From contig NC_081356.1 of the NCBI RefSeq assembly GCF_030684315.1, positions 15,525,197-15,589,196 of the forward strand: a DNA stretch of 64,000 nt, in the 5' to 3' direction. Positions 1 to 13,099 of this stretch are shown piece by piece. The position numbers and the translations under genes are program-made. A model generated the notes under the pieces. That model made no database searches, was not told the DNA's origin, and was given only the letters and a program-made list of their open reading frames with translations. This stretch comes from Stegostoma tigrinum. Taxonomy: Eukaryota. Numbering within the stretch: position 1 is the first letter of the stretch; each line of letters begins with the position of its first letter.

Positions 1-136
1 AAATACCATTCAGTTAATGATGACAGCTAATTACCGCCAATTCAAAAAGAAAGGAATGAATGTCCTTTGGATTATAAGTATGGAATTTTGTTTGTAATCT
101 ATCCATTGCAAAATAAAATTGCACACTTGGTCTTAC

Positions 137-324
137 CTGAAACCAAATTTATCCATTGATACAGCCAGGTGCCTTGGTTGGCTGTAACACCTGTATAAAT
201 TTCGATCATCCATGGGAATCAAATCAACATCACTGAACACAAAGCAGTTGTAGTCGTATTCTTTCAAAGCTTCCATAAAACCTACGTTGAGAAGTTTGGC
301 ACGATTAAAAGTATCTTCTCCATG
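137..324 (-). CDS. B4GALT1: Beta-1,4-galactosyltransferase 1(-like), coding exon 3 (188 bp); gene continues beyond the left window edge
   Basis: The minus strand reads HGEDTFNRAKLLNVGFMEALKEYDYNCFVFSDVDLIPMDDRNLYRCYSQPRHLAVSMDKFGF, containing the GT7-family FNRA and DVD metal-binding motifs. Acceptor ttttttcag at 326-325, donor GTAAGA at 136-135. This exon is not in the ORF track. Confidence 0.93.
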
Positions 325-1149
325 CTGAAAAAAATTAAATTGGAGAAATGGAACACCAAAACACCAAACACAAACTAGGGAGCTATTAAATCAACGTTTT
401 TACATGTAAAGCTCCTTTCCTATTTTGAAGCATTAGAAATTAAGGCACAATTAAATCAATGCAGATTCTTAAACGATACAAAAATATCCAAAGTTCAGAT
501 TCTGAATACTGCAATGGTGACTTTTCACACAATTTTGAGAAGTGGTACAGGTACAGCACCTTCATTTACATTGACCCACACAGTGGTGGTACTCAACTGC
601 CATTTCTGGATCAAAGCACAGTGGACTTAAAGGACTATGCAGTCACAGTATCTTTGCAGCCTCCTCCACCGAGTGGTTTGGAGGATCATTACCACCTTAA
701 GAGCAACAACTATCAGTGACATTTACACCTGCTGAAAGATCAAAAATGTTCACTACTACTCATGCCTAATGTGCTTGGGCTTGCAGAGCTCTGATCCGAT
801 CTATTGGTTGCTTGGATTACTCAACCATTTATAATATGCAGCTCCCACTACTTAGCATGCGTCCAATCTTGCGTTGTAGGATGAACAGGCTAGCGCTATA
901 TTTTATCGTATGCCTGATGATGCTCTCCTACAAACTCAAGTTCACCCCAGTACTTCGGCATCATGGCTACACTCAATCAAGGATTGGTCCTTTGACAACA
1001 TCATAAAGAAGAATGTCAGGTCATGAGATTACAGACTTAGCCATATACAATTCCACTGATAATGGTCCAAAGTGCCACGTGACCAGCTTTGAGCTGCAGG
1101 ATTTGTTTCACATCTGTCCCAGTTACTGTGGTAACAGTTCTACACAACG

Positions 1150-1380
1150 CAGTGGTCACTTATCATGGTTGATCAACCTAGCCTGCACATCCCTGGACAC
1201 TACAGGGCAATTTAGCATGACAAATCCACCCAACCTGCACACCTTTGGACTGTGGCAAAAGTTGGAGCTCCCAGCAGAAACACACAGACACAAGCGTGCA
1301 AAGTCCACACAGACAGTCGCTGAAGACTTGAATTGAACCCAGGCCCCCCTCACAGAGGCAGCAGGACTAAACACTGCCTC
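1150..1380 (-). mobile_element. Degenerate HE1/V-SINE fragment
   Basis: Contains gggcaatttagcatgacaaatccacccaacctgcacacctttggactgtgg, the reverse of the family body. Confidence 0.7.
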
Positions 1381-3435
1381 ACCAAGCTGTACACATGCTT
1401 TGTATTTAACCAGGTCAAGAGGTGCTCCTGTGCCAGTTTTGGTGATCAGCATGCAAGTCCCCCAAACAGAGTACACTGTGCTGTTTTTACTCAAAGTTTA
1501 GTGGTGGTCACCACGAAGCACACAAAACACGAATATCAGCAGGTTTCTCTCCAACACCATCTTGACCGAAGGCAGATCCATGTTTCAAATGTCACTGGAT
1601 GAAAATCTCAATGCGCTTACTAAACAGCAATAAGAATCTGCAAAGAGTGGGCTGCAGGAGTTCAAGAAAGCAGCTTAATGCTTATTCCCGGGAATTAATA
1701 GCACCCTTGCCAGAGATGCACACACCCTAGTAATTAATAAGGCAGGTAAATGCCAAGCAGGAGAGGGAGGAGCAAATCTCCAGTAAGGCAGTAATGGGTA
1801 GACTGTAGAGAGAGGAAGGGTGAAGCAACAGAGACTGGAAGAAATGCCTTCGCTTACTAGCAATCAAGAAGGTGGTTAATACGTAACTTATTTAAAACCA
1901 AACTCCTACTTTCTGTAAATATCAGTTAACAAAATTACAGCTTATGGCTATATATGATCTTGCTTACGTTGGTCTAAAGCACCTCAATGAATAGCAACTT
2001 TGAATTTATTTGTTTCACATCTATCCCATCATAGTAGTTCCATGTAATGCAGTAGCCAGATTCTACAGTGATAAGACAGGACTTGGTCTCCACAAGGACT
2101 GAATGATTACCAATCACAAATGCATCTGTCCATGGCAGTATTAGTAGGGGTGGCAAACTATTCAGGGCAACTAAAAATTGTATGAAATAATAGTAAGCCC
2201 TGTGGCCTCTCAAGCCAGCTCAACCATTCAGCAGATCATTGCTGGTCTCTTAGCTCAAATCCTTCTTTGCCATCTCTTCCCATATCCCTCAATTCTTGGT
2301 TAATGATTCTCTCAACTTACATATGCGTCCACGGTTCTGATCAGGTACAGGAAGTCCAGATTGCAAATGCATTCCATTCTGGAATCTGTTTGCAAGTCAA
2401 ATTATATGCAAAGCAGGAGAACGGGATAAGTACAGGAAACATTCCTATGTTGGTCTTTAAAATTGTAAACATGCATGGGATTGTGTTCAGGAGGGTAAGC
2501 ATAAGTCAGATGTTTGTAAGTCAGGAACCACTTGCAATTCAGAGGTGAGGAAATTGACCAGCGAATTTCTCGATTCTGGTGCCTCAGCCACACACACAGT
2601 CACTGTTCTCCCATTATAGTTTGATCAGTGATCTACGAAAACCCCATGCAATAATGTTACACAGCATGTTGACAAACCACATCGCAGTAACTAAGGATCA
2701 GGTCATGGACAGTGAACTTTCTAGCATTCAGATTTATCAAATACTGCAGATAATACAAAGATCTAATTCAAAACATAAAAGACCAAAATAAATCAAAAAG
2801 GAACACTTGGGACAAACAGGATAAAAGTAATTTAAAGAGGGGACATTTAAATCAAAAACTTCAGAATTAGGCAAACGTAGATGTCGGCATTAGCTTCATG
2901 CATCAGGCCCTCACTGTGTGGTGATATTGCTTGTATGCAAAGTAATTATTCTGTTTCCTACATAAACTCAAGTACATTTCAAAATTCATATTGGGATGGC
3001 CTTAAACACATTATGCAATTGCAACACTTTCTTTTTAGTGCTTAAAAGTTCCACTCCATCTTCGAGATCTTGATTTTTCCAAGAGATCACTGGATTATCT
3101 AGCCACTGATGCATTTATGAGCAACTATTCAGCTCAATTCAAAATGGACGCTGTTTAAAGTGGATCTGAATCTCTAGCTTTACATATTTAGATCTGAAAC
3201 TCTAGTTCTGTTATGTCATTTCTACTTTTGTAAATCTGCTTACATTGAGTTGAAACCTCATGTCGAAATTACTACAATTAAATATCCATAGTTGCTACTC
3301 CCAGGTTTCAGTTATACATCACAATTTTCTATTTTTAATAATTTACTAAACTCTATACATTGACGACAATGCAACAATGTTGCATTTCTTCTGCACTCGT
3401 CACAATATGCATTCAAGTCTACTATTTCATCTCAG

Positions 3436-4548
3436 TTGATAAGGTTCCCCATGGTAGACTCATTCAGAAGGTCAGGAGGAATGGGATACAGGGGAACTTA
3501 GCTGTCTGGATACAGAATTGGCTGGCCAACAGAAGACAGCGAGGGGTAGTAGAAGGAAAATATTCTGCTTGGAAGTCAGTGGGGAGTGGTGTTCCACAGG
3601 GCTCTGTCCTTGGGCGTCTACTGATTGTAATTTTTATTAATGACTTGGATGAGGGGATTGAAGGATGGGTCAGCAAGTTTGCAGACGACACAAAGGTTGG
3701 AGGTGTCGTTGACAGTATAGAGGGCTGTTGTAGGCTGCAGCGGGACATTGACAGGATGCAGAGATGGGCTGAGAGGTGGCAGATGGAGTTCAACCCGGAT
3801 AAATGCGAGGTGATGCACTTTGGAAGGTTGAATTTGAAAGCAGAGTACAGGATTAAGGATAGGATTCTTCGCAGTGTGGAGGAACAGAGGGATCTTGGTG
3901 TGCAGATACATAGATCCCTTAAAATGGCCACCCAAGTGGACAGGGTTGTTGAGAAAGCATATGGTGTTTTGGCTTTCATTAACAGGGCGATTGAGTTTAA
4001 GGGTCGTGAGATCTTGTTGCAGCTGTATAAAACTTTGGTTAGACCGCACTTGGAATACTGCGTCCAGTTCTGGTCGCCCTATTATCGGAAAGATTGGATG
4101 CTTTGGAGAGGGTTCAGAGGAGGTTTACCAGGATGCTGCCTGGACTGGAGGGCTTATCTTATGAAGAGAGGTTGCCTGAGTTCGGACTTTTTTCATTGGA
4201 GAAAAGGAGGAGGAGAGGGGACCTAATTGAGGTGTACAAGATAATGAGGGGCATAGATAAAGTTGATAGCCAGAGACTATTTCCCAGGGCAGAAATGGCT
4301 AATACGAGGGGTCATAGTTCTAAGGTGGTTGGAGGAAAGTATAGAGGGGATGTCAGAGGTGGGTTCTTTACACAGAGTTGAGAGAGCATGGAATGCATTG
4401 CCAGCAGTTGTGGAAGTAAGGTCATTGGGGTCATTTAAGAGAGTGCTGGATATGCATATGGTCACAGAAATTTGAGGGTGCATACATGAGGATCAATGGT
4501 CGGCACAACATCATGGGCTGAAGGGCCTGTACTGTTCTATGTTCTATG
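3436..4548 (+). mobile_element. CR1-clade (HER1-like) LINE, 5'-truncated, fairly young; C-terminal RT plus 3' UTR
   Basis: Encodes DKVPH...GVPQGSVLG...KFADDTK...RPHLEYCVQFWSP. One frameshift near 4095. Ends in a GGGCTGAAGGGCCTGT motif and a TTCTATG tail. Confidence 0.93.
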
Positions 4549-5749
4549 TGCCCCTATTTTGATTGAATCAGATACTATCCTAACCATTCCTATTGTTCCA
4601 ACTACTGAATCATTCATAAGCTTATTTCCACTTAAATGTCCAGCATATTCCATGGCTCGTTTGCCCTACCAAATCCTTATTTACAGATCATGTATGTAAT
4701 TACATACAACAAATGAAAAACAGCAAACGAGGAATCATCTGGTGTTGCACGCTGGCACCACTTCGTTCAACTGGGAACGTCGGGTGGCTTGACAGAAGTT
4801 GAAATTCCTAGATTAAGATTAATGCAGTTGATCTTAATCAGGAAGATAAATCCTCTGTCTTCTTACACAGAATGAGGTAAGCTGCCTCATCACAAACATT
4901 ATGCAGAGGAAAGTTGATGGCACATTAGCACATAGCACTTGTGTATCTACTCACATTGCAGGCGTTTATACTCAATCCGGTACTGCGGTTTCAGTGTTAT
5001 GAAAATTGGGATTTTTACATAGGAATCAAACAGCAGTGTTAGATTTCAAACATCTTGAAACTTTGTACACGATACAGTTTTTAATTAGATGTTAAGAGAA
5101 TCAAAGGAGAATATAGCAAAACATGGAACAATATTTTTTCCATTATGAATTAATACACGAAGCAGTAGAAGATACAGTTGGCAGGCGATTTGGCAGGAAG
5201 GAGCCACTGCCAGGCACCACAGTGGTTGGGTTACATTCACTTATAAAAGTCATCAAATGCCACTGATCAAAGTGAGTGTAGATGGTGTTAAATTTAGTTT
5301 ATTTAAAATACAGTGTTCAGAAGATGACTTTTTGCAAATATCTAATTCATGGTCCACGTGTTTTAAAAACTCACTTTACATTACAGTATCAGAGAAGAGA
5401 AACAGACCCTTTGGCCAAATCAGTTTCCTAACCTGAACTAGACCACACAAATTTTATACCTCTTAGCGAAAGGTCACCAGCCAATGTTCCAGGTGACATA
5501 CCTACATCTCTAGGTCTCTAAACTCAGCTGATTAGTTTCTGAAATAATTGAGAAAGTGGTACAAACAGCCCTGAGTAATTGCAATTAGTACAAGCTTAGA
5601 TTTTATTCATTGCAAGAGTGTGGCCATGTAGAATTAAAAAGTCAATAACAGAAAGGCAAGACCTTAAAACTACAGGTGACCTCACGTACAAAAAGAATTA
5701 GACATGATATGTGTAATCCTTGAAGTAATAACAGTTTTTAAAAATTATG

Positions 5750-6066
5750 GGGTGAGGGCAATGCTGGCTAGGCTGACGTTTATTGCCCAGAGAGCAGTTA
5801 GGAGTTAATTATGTTGCTATGGATCCAGAGTCACAGATAGGCCAGACCAAATAAGAATGGCAATTTCCCCCTCTGCAGAACATTAGTGAAGCAGGAGGGT
5901 TTTCCAACAAACAATGGATTCATGGTCATCATTTAACTCTAATTTCAGACCGTTGATTTTAAACTCTACCATCTGCCATGGGGGAATTTGAACCCAGATT
6001 CCTAGAACATTACCTGGATCTCTGGATTAACAGTCAGGTGATAGTACCACTAGGCCATCACCTCTC
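5750..6066 (-). mobile_element. Second tRNA-headed SINE family copy
   Basis: The minus strand shows TGGCCTAGTGG (A-box-like) and GGTTCAAATTCC (B-box-like) followed by a repeat body. Confidence 0.6.
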
Positions 6067-9000
6067 CTAACTACAGTTCACAGATATTTTTGATTTTGGG
6101 AGTTATAGTCAAGTTAGCTTGAAGACATTTGGACCCTGAAGGAGTGAAAGGAAAACAAAAGGGAGAGAGTTCACAATCAGTTCCAACGAGAAATGTGAGG
6201 GAGCGATCCTTAACCAAAAGGTCTACTTCAGGGCATTCCAGAGCTTGCAATGCCATCATGGATATGAATGGATCACAGGGAATTTCTCAGGTTTCAGTTT
6301 ATCCAGGCCTTAACTGAGAGTGTTTTTTGCAGCTCATAGAAAAGACTGTCGAAATAAATAACAGCTAGTATGCCTGAACTCTCAGTAAAAACAAAACTAA
6401 CTTCATTTGCTGAGAAATTAAGGTATGGTTTAGTCTTGGTTTGGATATTAAGAAACTGAACGCCTTTGCTACTTTCAGGTTGGACAACAAAACCATTGTG
6501 ATCCTCACAGTCTGGTGTCTAAAGAGGACAAATCAGATTAGTTGAGAAGGCAGCCAGAACAAAGGATGGAGGCAGAGACAACAGGTAGTGAAATAACATC
6601 TTACCTCTGAGGGATAATATTCCTAGAGGACTGAAGCATACCTTGGAGTGCAGTCAAAAGTAGTAAATAACTCTGAAGTGATATGATCAAGTGTAAGAGA
6701 ATTTTTGGGGAAGTAAAACACAGTGCATAGTGTGTAACAATGTTTGTTACCTATGCAAGTTAATTACTCTAAATCTTTTTGTGTACTACTACAATTGTTT
6801 TTGTTCAAGGCCATGAAAACTTGTGGCCTAGTATCCACTGGTTACATTACTGTAAGCTTGCTTTTTTGGTCAATGATTCCAATCCAAATGCTAACAAGCA
6901 CAAAAAAAACCCACATTTTTATCTACTGTTGAAAGCAACCTACTTCCCTTAGTCATGAGAAATTTCAATCTTATAATTATTTTCTTGGTTAACGTGCCTG
7001 CTTCAATTTTGAATTCATTTGGCACTGTCCAGAGAGTTTAAAAAAGGCCAAGAGAGATATTATGTATTATGAACATCACTTTTTTAAAAAAAAATAAGAA
7101 ACCTAGTTTAACAGTTGTCAACTGAGTTTAAGATAACCCATTCACATCTTTCCTTCTGTACCAATATACAAACAAACACTGATACTAATTTCTAGCCTGA
7201 AATTCTCTAATTCCAGACAGTACATTCAGATCTCCAGTTGATGTCACTTCCTAGAGAAGCTTCATCACAAATCTTTCAGAAAAGTTGTCATAAAGGAAAG
7301 ATAACCAAAAGCAATAATGCCCTATACATAGTCTTCTATCCTTACTATAAATGTTTATGCTCCCTTTACATATATATTTTAAAACAAAACCTTGACATTA
7401 ATTATTGCAACAACAGCAAATACAATTCATATCAATTACTGTTGCTGCATTAACTCTGTAAAGACTTGACAAAATTGTAAAAGCACCATGCGATATTTTA
7501 GCTCACTGATATACACTAAAAATTAGACAAGGAAAACAATGAATCTTGATAAAATTACTGTGCAGCATTTGATCCTTTGGTACAACACCAACTAACAATT
7601 CATCATAGGCCACTGATGAAGTGGCCATTTTCCTTCTAATTATAGGTAAGCATACAGTGTCCACAATTACCAATTCCTTATCGGGCATGAAGCACATATC
7701 ACTTTACCGGCCCAGCTGAGCAGAGGACTATTTCTTCCTTCTCCATCTGAGCTAGCTAGTGCAGGGAGGGAGAGATGCAATCAGATTCCACTGCAACCTT
7801 CACAATCTCAATGTTCTGCAGAAGATAGAAGAAACAAGCACAGATCTAGAAAAAAAGCAAGTGGGATGCAGGTGGGGGAGGGAAAGAAAAGAAGAGAAGG
7901 ACATGAGCCGTGAACACTGAAATAAGCAAAAAGACATTTTCAGAGTTTGGTTCTCCCCACACCCTCCTCCCAACAACAGCAGTGTGATTACTGAGTAGGA
8001 TTGCTAAAAATTTATGCTTTTAATAACAGGTCATTTAAACTTTAATAAAGTAGGAAACATTTCTAAGAACACAACAGATCTACAAAATTTTTATAAAGAC
8101 AGAGCTAAACAAAAAAGTCAGAATGTGATGGAGACAAATATTGTGTTACCTGCCACTGTGGTCTTCCTCACTGAATAAATTTCAATTTTCACACACAAAT
8201 AGGAACTTCTGTCAAGGGAAAATTGACTGACAGTGCTGTCGATGAACAATTCTGAATTAAGTGACATGTCCTACAACATTCAGTTCATTCTTTAGATACA
8301 GAAACTCTGATATTATTACCAAGTCACCACAATTCTAAGTGAACTGTTTTGAAGAGGAGATACACCTGGTTCAAGAAACGCAAAGACGAGGACAAAAATA
8401 CAATTCCCACCAGTGACCAAATTCAAACCTGGAAAGGATAAGTTAACAAGCTAGATTGAAGGAGCAAAATATTCAAGTGCTTAAAAGATCCTTAAAAAGG
8501 AAAAAAAAACAGAACTGAATGAAGCTTGTGATTCCAATGAAGTTTGAAACCAGGGGATATGGGCTCAAACCTTAAAAGGAAGTTGAAAACAGACAGTTCA
8601 TGTTTATAGAGTATATGTAGAAATTCACAAAGCTGTGGGAGAAGTTCATGAAGACAATGCAGGCAACAGCATGAAACACATGGAGGCAAGAGGACACCAC
8701 CACGAAACAGCCATAGGGGAGAACCAGGAGATGCAAGAGGAAACAAGTGACTGATAGGGCGATTTTTTAAAAAATCTACTCTAATAGAACAAACAATATT
8801 TAAGACCTGTACTTTTATTATAGTCTGCTTATAAGTCCATTTTAAAACAGAATGCAATCTTCAGACAAAGATATCAATTTTTTAAAAAATCCAAGTCATT
8901 CTTTCTGTTATCTTTCTAATGTTCCTTCACCACATCTGTGGCTCTTTTCATCCCTAAGGGGCCACTTCAATATTTATTTGCAAATATTATTAATATGCTA

Positions 9001-10787
9001 ATAAGGTATTCCCTTCTCCATTGTTGTAACAATAGTATCAATCCATTTAAATAAAACAATTTTCTGTCCCTGCTAGAAGATATTCACATCAAAAACTCAA
9101 GTCTTTGTCCACAAGTTTTCATACAGCATCTAAACATTCGCCTCTAATAACAGAACTATTTTAAAACCTAATCAGCAGCAATAATTTACAACTTAAGACT
9201 CCTATAGGATTTCTCCTTCTGTCACTGGATTCCAGGAGTCAATGAACTGCTTTGAATAAAACTGTCCTTTCTTATACAAATAGATCAAAGCTGTACACAT
9301 TATGCCCCATGTGATCTCAGCAAAGCCCTGTACAATTGTAGCAAAATTCTTATACTCCATTCTCCTTGCAATAAAACACACAAATGACATGAACTGCATA
9401 CTTAACCTTTCAGGATTCACATACCTGGATATCTAGATCTCTGTGCGCTGTGGAGACCTGCAATCTTTCTTCACTTACATGCTATGTTTCCTGTTCTTCT
9501 TGCCAAATTGGATGAATTAATTTGTACTGGCATTATACGCCAACATTTCGCCCACTCCCCCATCCTGTGACCCTTTGCAGATACTTCACACTCCACTGGA
9601 GCAACGATGGACATTTGTGTCTGATGTGAATATTAAATAATGTCTAAATGAGAAACAAACTAGTCACCTCTGCACTAAAACAAACTAAGTGTACGTGAGC
9701 TGTGGCATGTGAATGAGTACAGCGTCATTGGTCAGATTTGTGAGCCATCTTCAATCTGTGACTCTACATTCAAGACATTCTGTCTATCCTTGAATGCCAC
9801 CAAAGCAAACCTGATCAAACCAGATCTGGCCAGTCAAACATTTCTCCAACACTACATATTACAAAACCCTCTAGAATACACTGAGCACTTTATGCAACTT
9901 GACAGTCATCTCTGTCAAAAAAACACAGAGATCCAAGCCAGCCCTGGCTTCTAAAAACTATGGGATCCTAAAAGCACGAGGAAAATTACAACAGCAATGC
10001 CTCCACCACATCGTCCAATCTTAGTGCTCACCTTGAAAATAGCTCTTCAGGCATCCAGGCAAAATTCCAAAAACAAATACAATCAAGAGCATACTTGAAC
10101 AGCTGAAAAGCATCTCCCCTGCTAGGTCCATTTTTAAAAAACTTTGAATGGTCAATTTTCTAGACTAGGCAAGGGTAAAGGCAAAGAAAACAGAGACACT
10201 TTAAACTCCCCTTGAACCACAGCCGCATTGACATAAGTGGCTGGGAGGAGCTTGCTACCAGTCATTGAAACGGCAACAACTCATCCAACAAGCTGCATTT
10301 GCTTCGAGCAGTGGCAAAGGAGGGAACAGAGGAAAACCTTGCACACTGGATCTCACCAGATGTTGCATCCTTGTGCCAAAACATCTGCATGTCAAGAATT
10401 AGCCTAGCTAGTTACATGAACTCCCATGGCAGAAACATGAGTAATGTCATGCTAGAAATGACACAGCCAATCACAGATTCAGACAGCACAGAAGAGACTC
10501 TTTGGTGAATATCCAATGGAAAACTGCTGTCAATGATCTGATAAACCTCTACAAAAGGACAGAATTATTATACAATTCACTGGGTTGCTATATTATTTCA
10601 GCAGACAGCCAACAATGCTAGAGTGACATTAGAAATAACTTCTTTAAAGAAGGACATATGCAAACCGATTGGGGATTTAAAAACACAAGATTCTAGTTTT
10701 GTTCCATATTTTATGCAAATTCACAAACTAGCATGCTTTGAATTAACATTTTCTTGTTTAGTTCTTTTTGGTATATTACTACACAAC

Positions 10788-10980
10788 CACCAAACTACGG
10801 ATGCTGAAAATCTGAAATAACAGAAATTGCTGGCAACTTCAGCAGTTCTGGCAGCCTATGGCAGTAAAGCAGAGTTCATGTTTTGGATCCAGCAATCCTT
10901 CTTCAGAAGGGCCTTTGTTAACCAGTTTTTCTTCCACAGATGCTGTCAGACTTGTAGTTCCCCCACTGATGTGTTTTGGT
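10788..10980. mobile_element. Older Penelope-derived fold-back element, second family
   Basis: ggatgctgaaaatctgaaata...cttcttcagaa followed by the inverted cagatgctgtcagac arm. Confidence 0.6.
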
Positions 10981-12167
10981 TACTAAAAACCTGAAATAAC
11001 ATGCAGCCAGCAAATTGACCTTAACGATTTTTCATTAACTAAATTGAATTTTATTCAAGATACAAATCTACAGCATGCCAATTACTAATTTATGGCCAAC
11101 TCTAGTATGGTAATAACGACAACCAAATACTAATAGACAAGCTACAATTCTCATGCTCAAAACCAACATGTTTCAAAGTGCAGGTAGCAACACAAATCTG
11201 AAAAAAAAAATTAAGTGGCCCCAGAAAATTCACTGGGCGCTGCATCAACTATTCTAGCCTTTTGAGAGAAACCCACATCAGTTCCACCATCAAGCAATTC
11301 CAATTGGAAGCAATTTCAAATTCTTAAACCCAGGAAAAGAGCATCAGAAACAAAGACAGGGAGTGAAGCTGAGAAATAAAAGGAAGCCTGGAGGGGCTCT
11401 GGCTGTAAGCTGCAAGACTTAATCAAATGGGAGGGTGGAAAGTTAAAAACAAAATCGTGAAGACACGCACAAGGAAGTAGTTATACGGTGCAAGTACACT
11501 GGTAGACATTTAATATACTCTAACTATATAATGTAATTACCTTATCAATAAAGGTAATGTGGAAACTAAAAGTTAAAGCTAACTACATGCATCAAGTGAA
11601 AAGTGTGCTTGTTTAAACAATTACATCTAGACTATTCAGTCATTTGGATGCATACATGGATAGGAAAGGTTTAAAAAGGATATGGGCCAAGTGCAGGGAA
11701 TTGGGGTTAGCGTGGACAGACATTTCGGTTGGCACGGACTGGTTTGGGCTGAAGGACCTGTCTGCGCTGTAGGACTCAGTCTATAAATATTGAACGGGAA
11801 CACAAAGGCTGTCTAATCTTTTAACTTAAAATTATTTAAAATCCGTTAGATTCTAAGAATGAAGCAAAAACATTTTCATTGAACTCCCTATATCATAAAG
11901 TGAAGTCACCTGAAGATAAGCAGCTGGCTGTTGAACAGTTGGTGAGTCTTTGTTATATTTTGAAGCTTACTACTTAAGTAAAAGTATTGCAAGGCAACTT
12001 CAAGAGCTTGAAGTACACACCCTGTTCTATGTAGGAACTTCAGAATGCTTCCTGTGTCCAGGATGGCCACATGTTCAGGTGCTGTAGTCAGCTGCAGATG
12101 TGAAAGTTCCAGCACTAACCAACATCACTGCAACACCCCCAAAAAATTTGAGTTTCAAGGTTTGCAT

Positions 12168-12387
12168 NNNNNNNNNNNNNNNNNNNNNNNNNNNNNNNNN
12201 NNNNNNNNNNNNNNNNNNNNNNNNNNNNNNNNNNNNNNNNNNNNNNNNNNNNNNNNNNNNNNNNNNNNNNNNNNNNNNNNNNNNNNNNNNNNNNNNNNNN
12301 NNNNNNNNNNNNNNNNNNNNNNNNNNNNNNNNNNNNNNNNNNNNNNNNNNNNNNNNNNNNNNNNNNNNNNNNNNNNNNNNNNNNNNN
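12168..12387. other. Assembly gap (220 N)
   Basis: Run of n characters. Confidence 1.
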
Positions 12388-13099
12388 AATCAGGAGTAAT
12401 TTGCAGAAGGGGATGGGATCCCATACAAAATCTGCCAAGACAAAACAATTTTAACTAGTCCAAAAGCAGTTCAGACAGGTAAATATAACCAGGATGCCAA
12501 TGGGACAGAAGCCCAGGTCAAAAGCTTATGACGGTAAGGTGCAAGTCTAAACATTTTGACACGGTAACCGACAAAGGTGATGTTTCTTGGAAGGGTGGAA
12601 ATCTCATACGGAATCTGAAAAGGAAGAGTGTACTGAGGTGCGATACACAGCAAGGACGTTTTCAGGTTAACCACTGAACAGAGCACTAGTGAGGACAGAT
12701 ACCTGGTTCTAGGATAAGGCTCATGAAAAGACTATGGTATCACCAGAGAGTGTGCCTTGCTATTGGAGATCTACATCATTATGCTGAAATGGTACAATTA
12801 TATTTTGTAAAAGAAAACGTAAAACCAGAGGAAAAAATAAAGTAAGGTTAGTTTTCTCTGAGTAAGCTGTGTAACGTTAAAAACATGATTTGGGTTTTCA
12901 GTCATGTAAGAGATTAATAAGAAATACCTTTTCTGTAGTTTAGTACATTAGCTTAATCATTATTTCGTAGTAAACTGATTTTTAGTATCTTACAATAAGA
13001 GTCTTAAAACAACATCTTGTTGAGCAATCCTCCAAGTTGGTCACTTCAAAATTCACATCTCTTAAAACACTGCAGGTAACTATACAAATCATACCAGAC

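Noticed and set aside
3464-4049. Long antisense ORFs over CR1 (also 41220-41960)
   Set aside because: Shadow ORFs on the reverse strand of the RT coding sequence.
6075-6950. Possible solo-LTR-like sequence (similar impression at 12400-13090, 27990-28135 and 38400-39210)
   Set aside because: I could not verify paired LTRs, TG...CA ends with a TSD, a PBS or gag/pol remnants by eye.
12045-12458. Four ORFs spanning poly-X
   Set aside because: Artefacts of the N gap.
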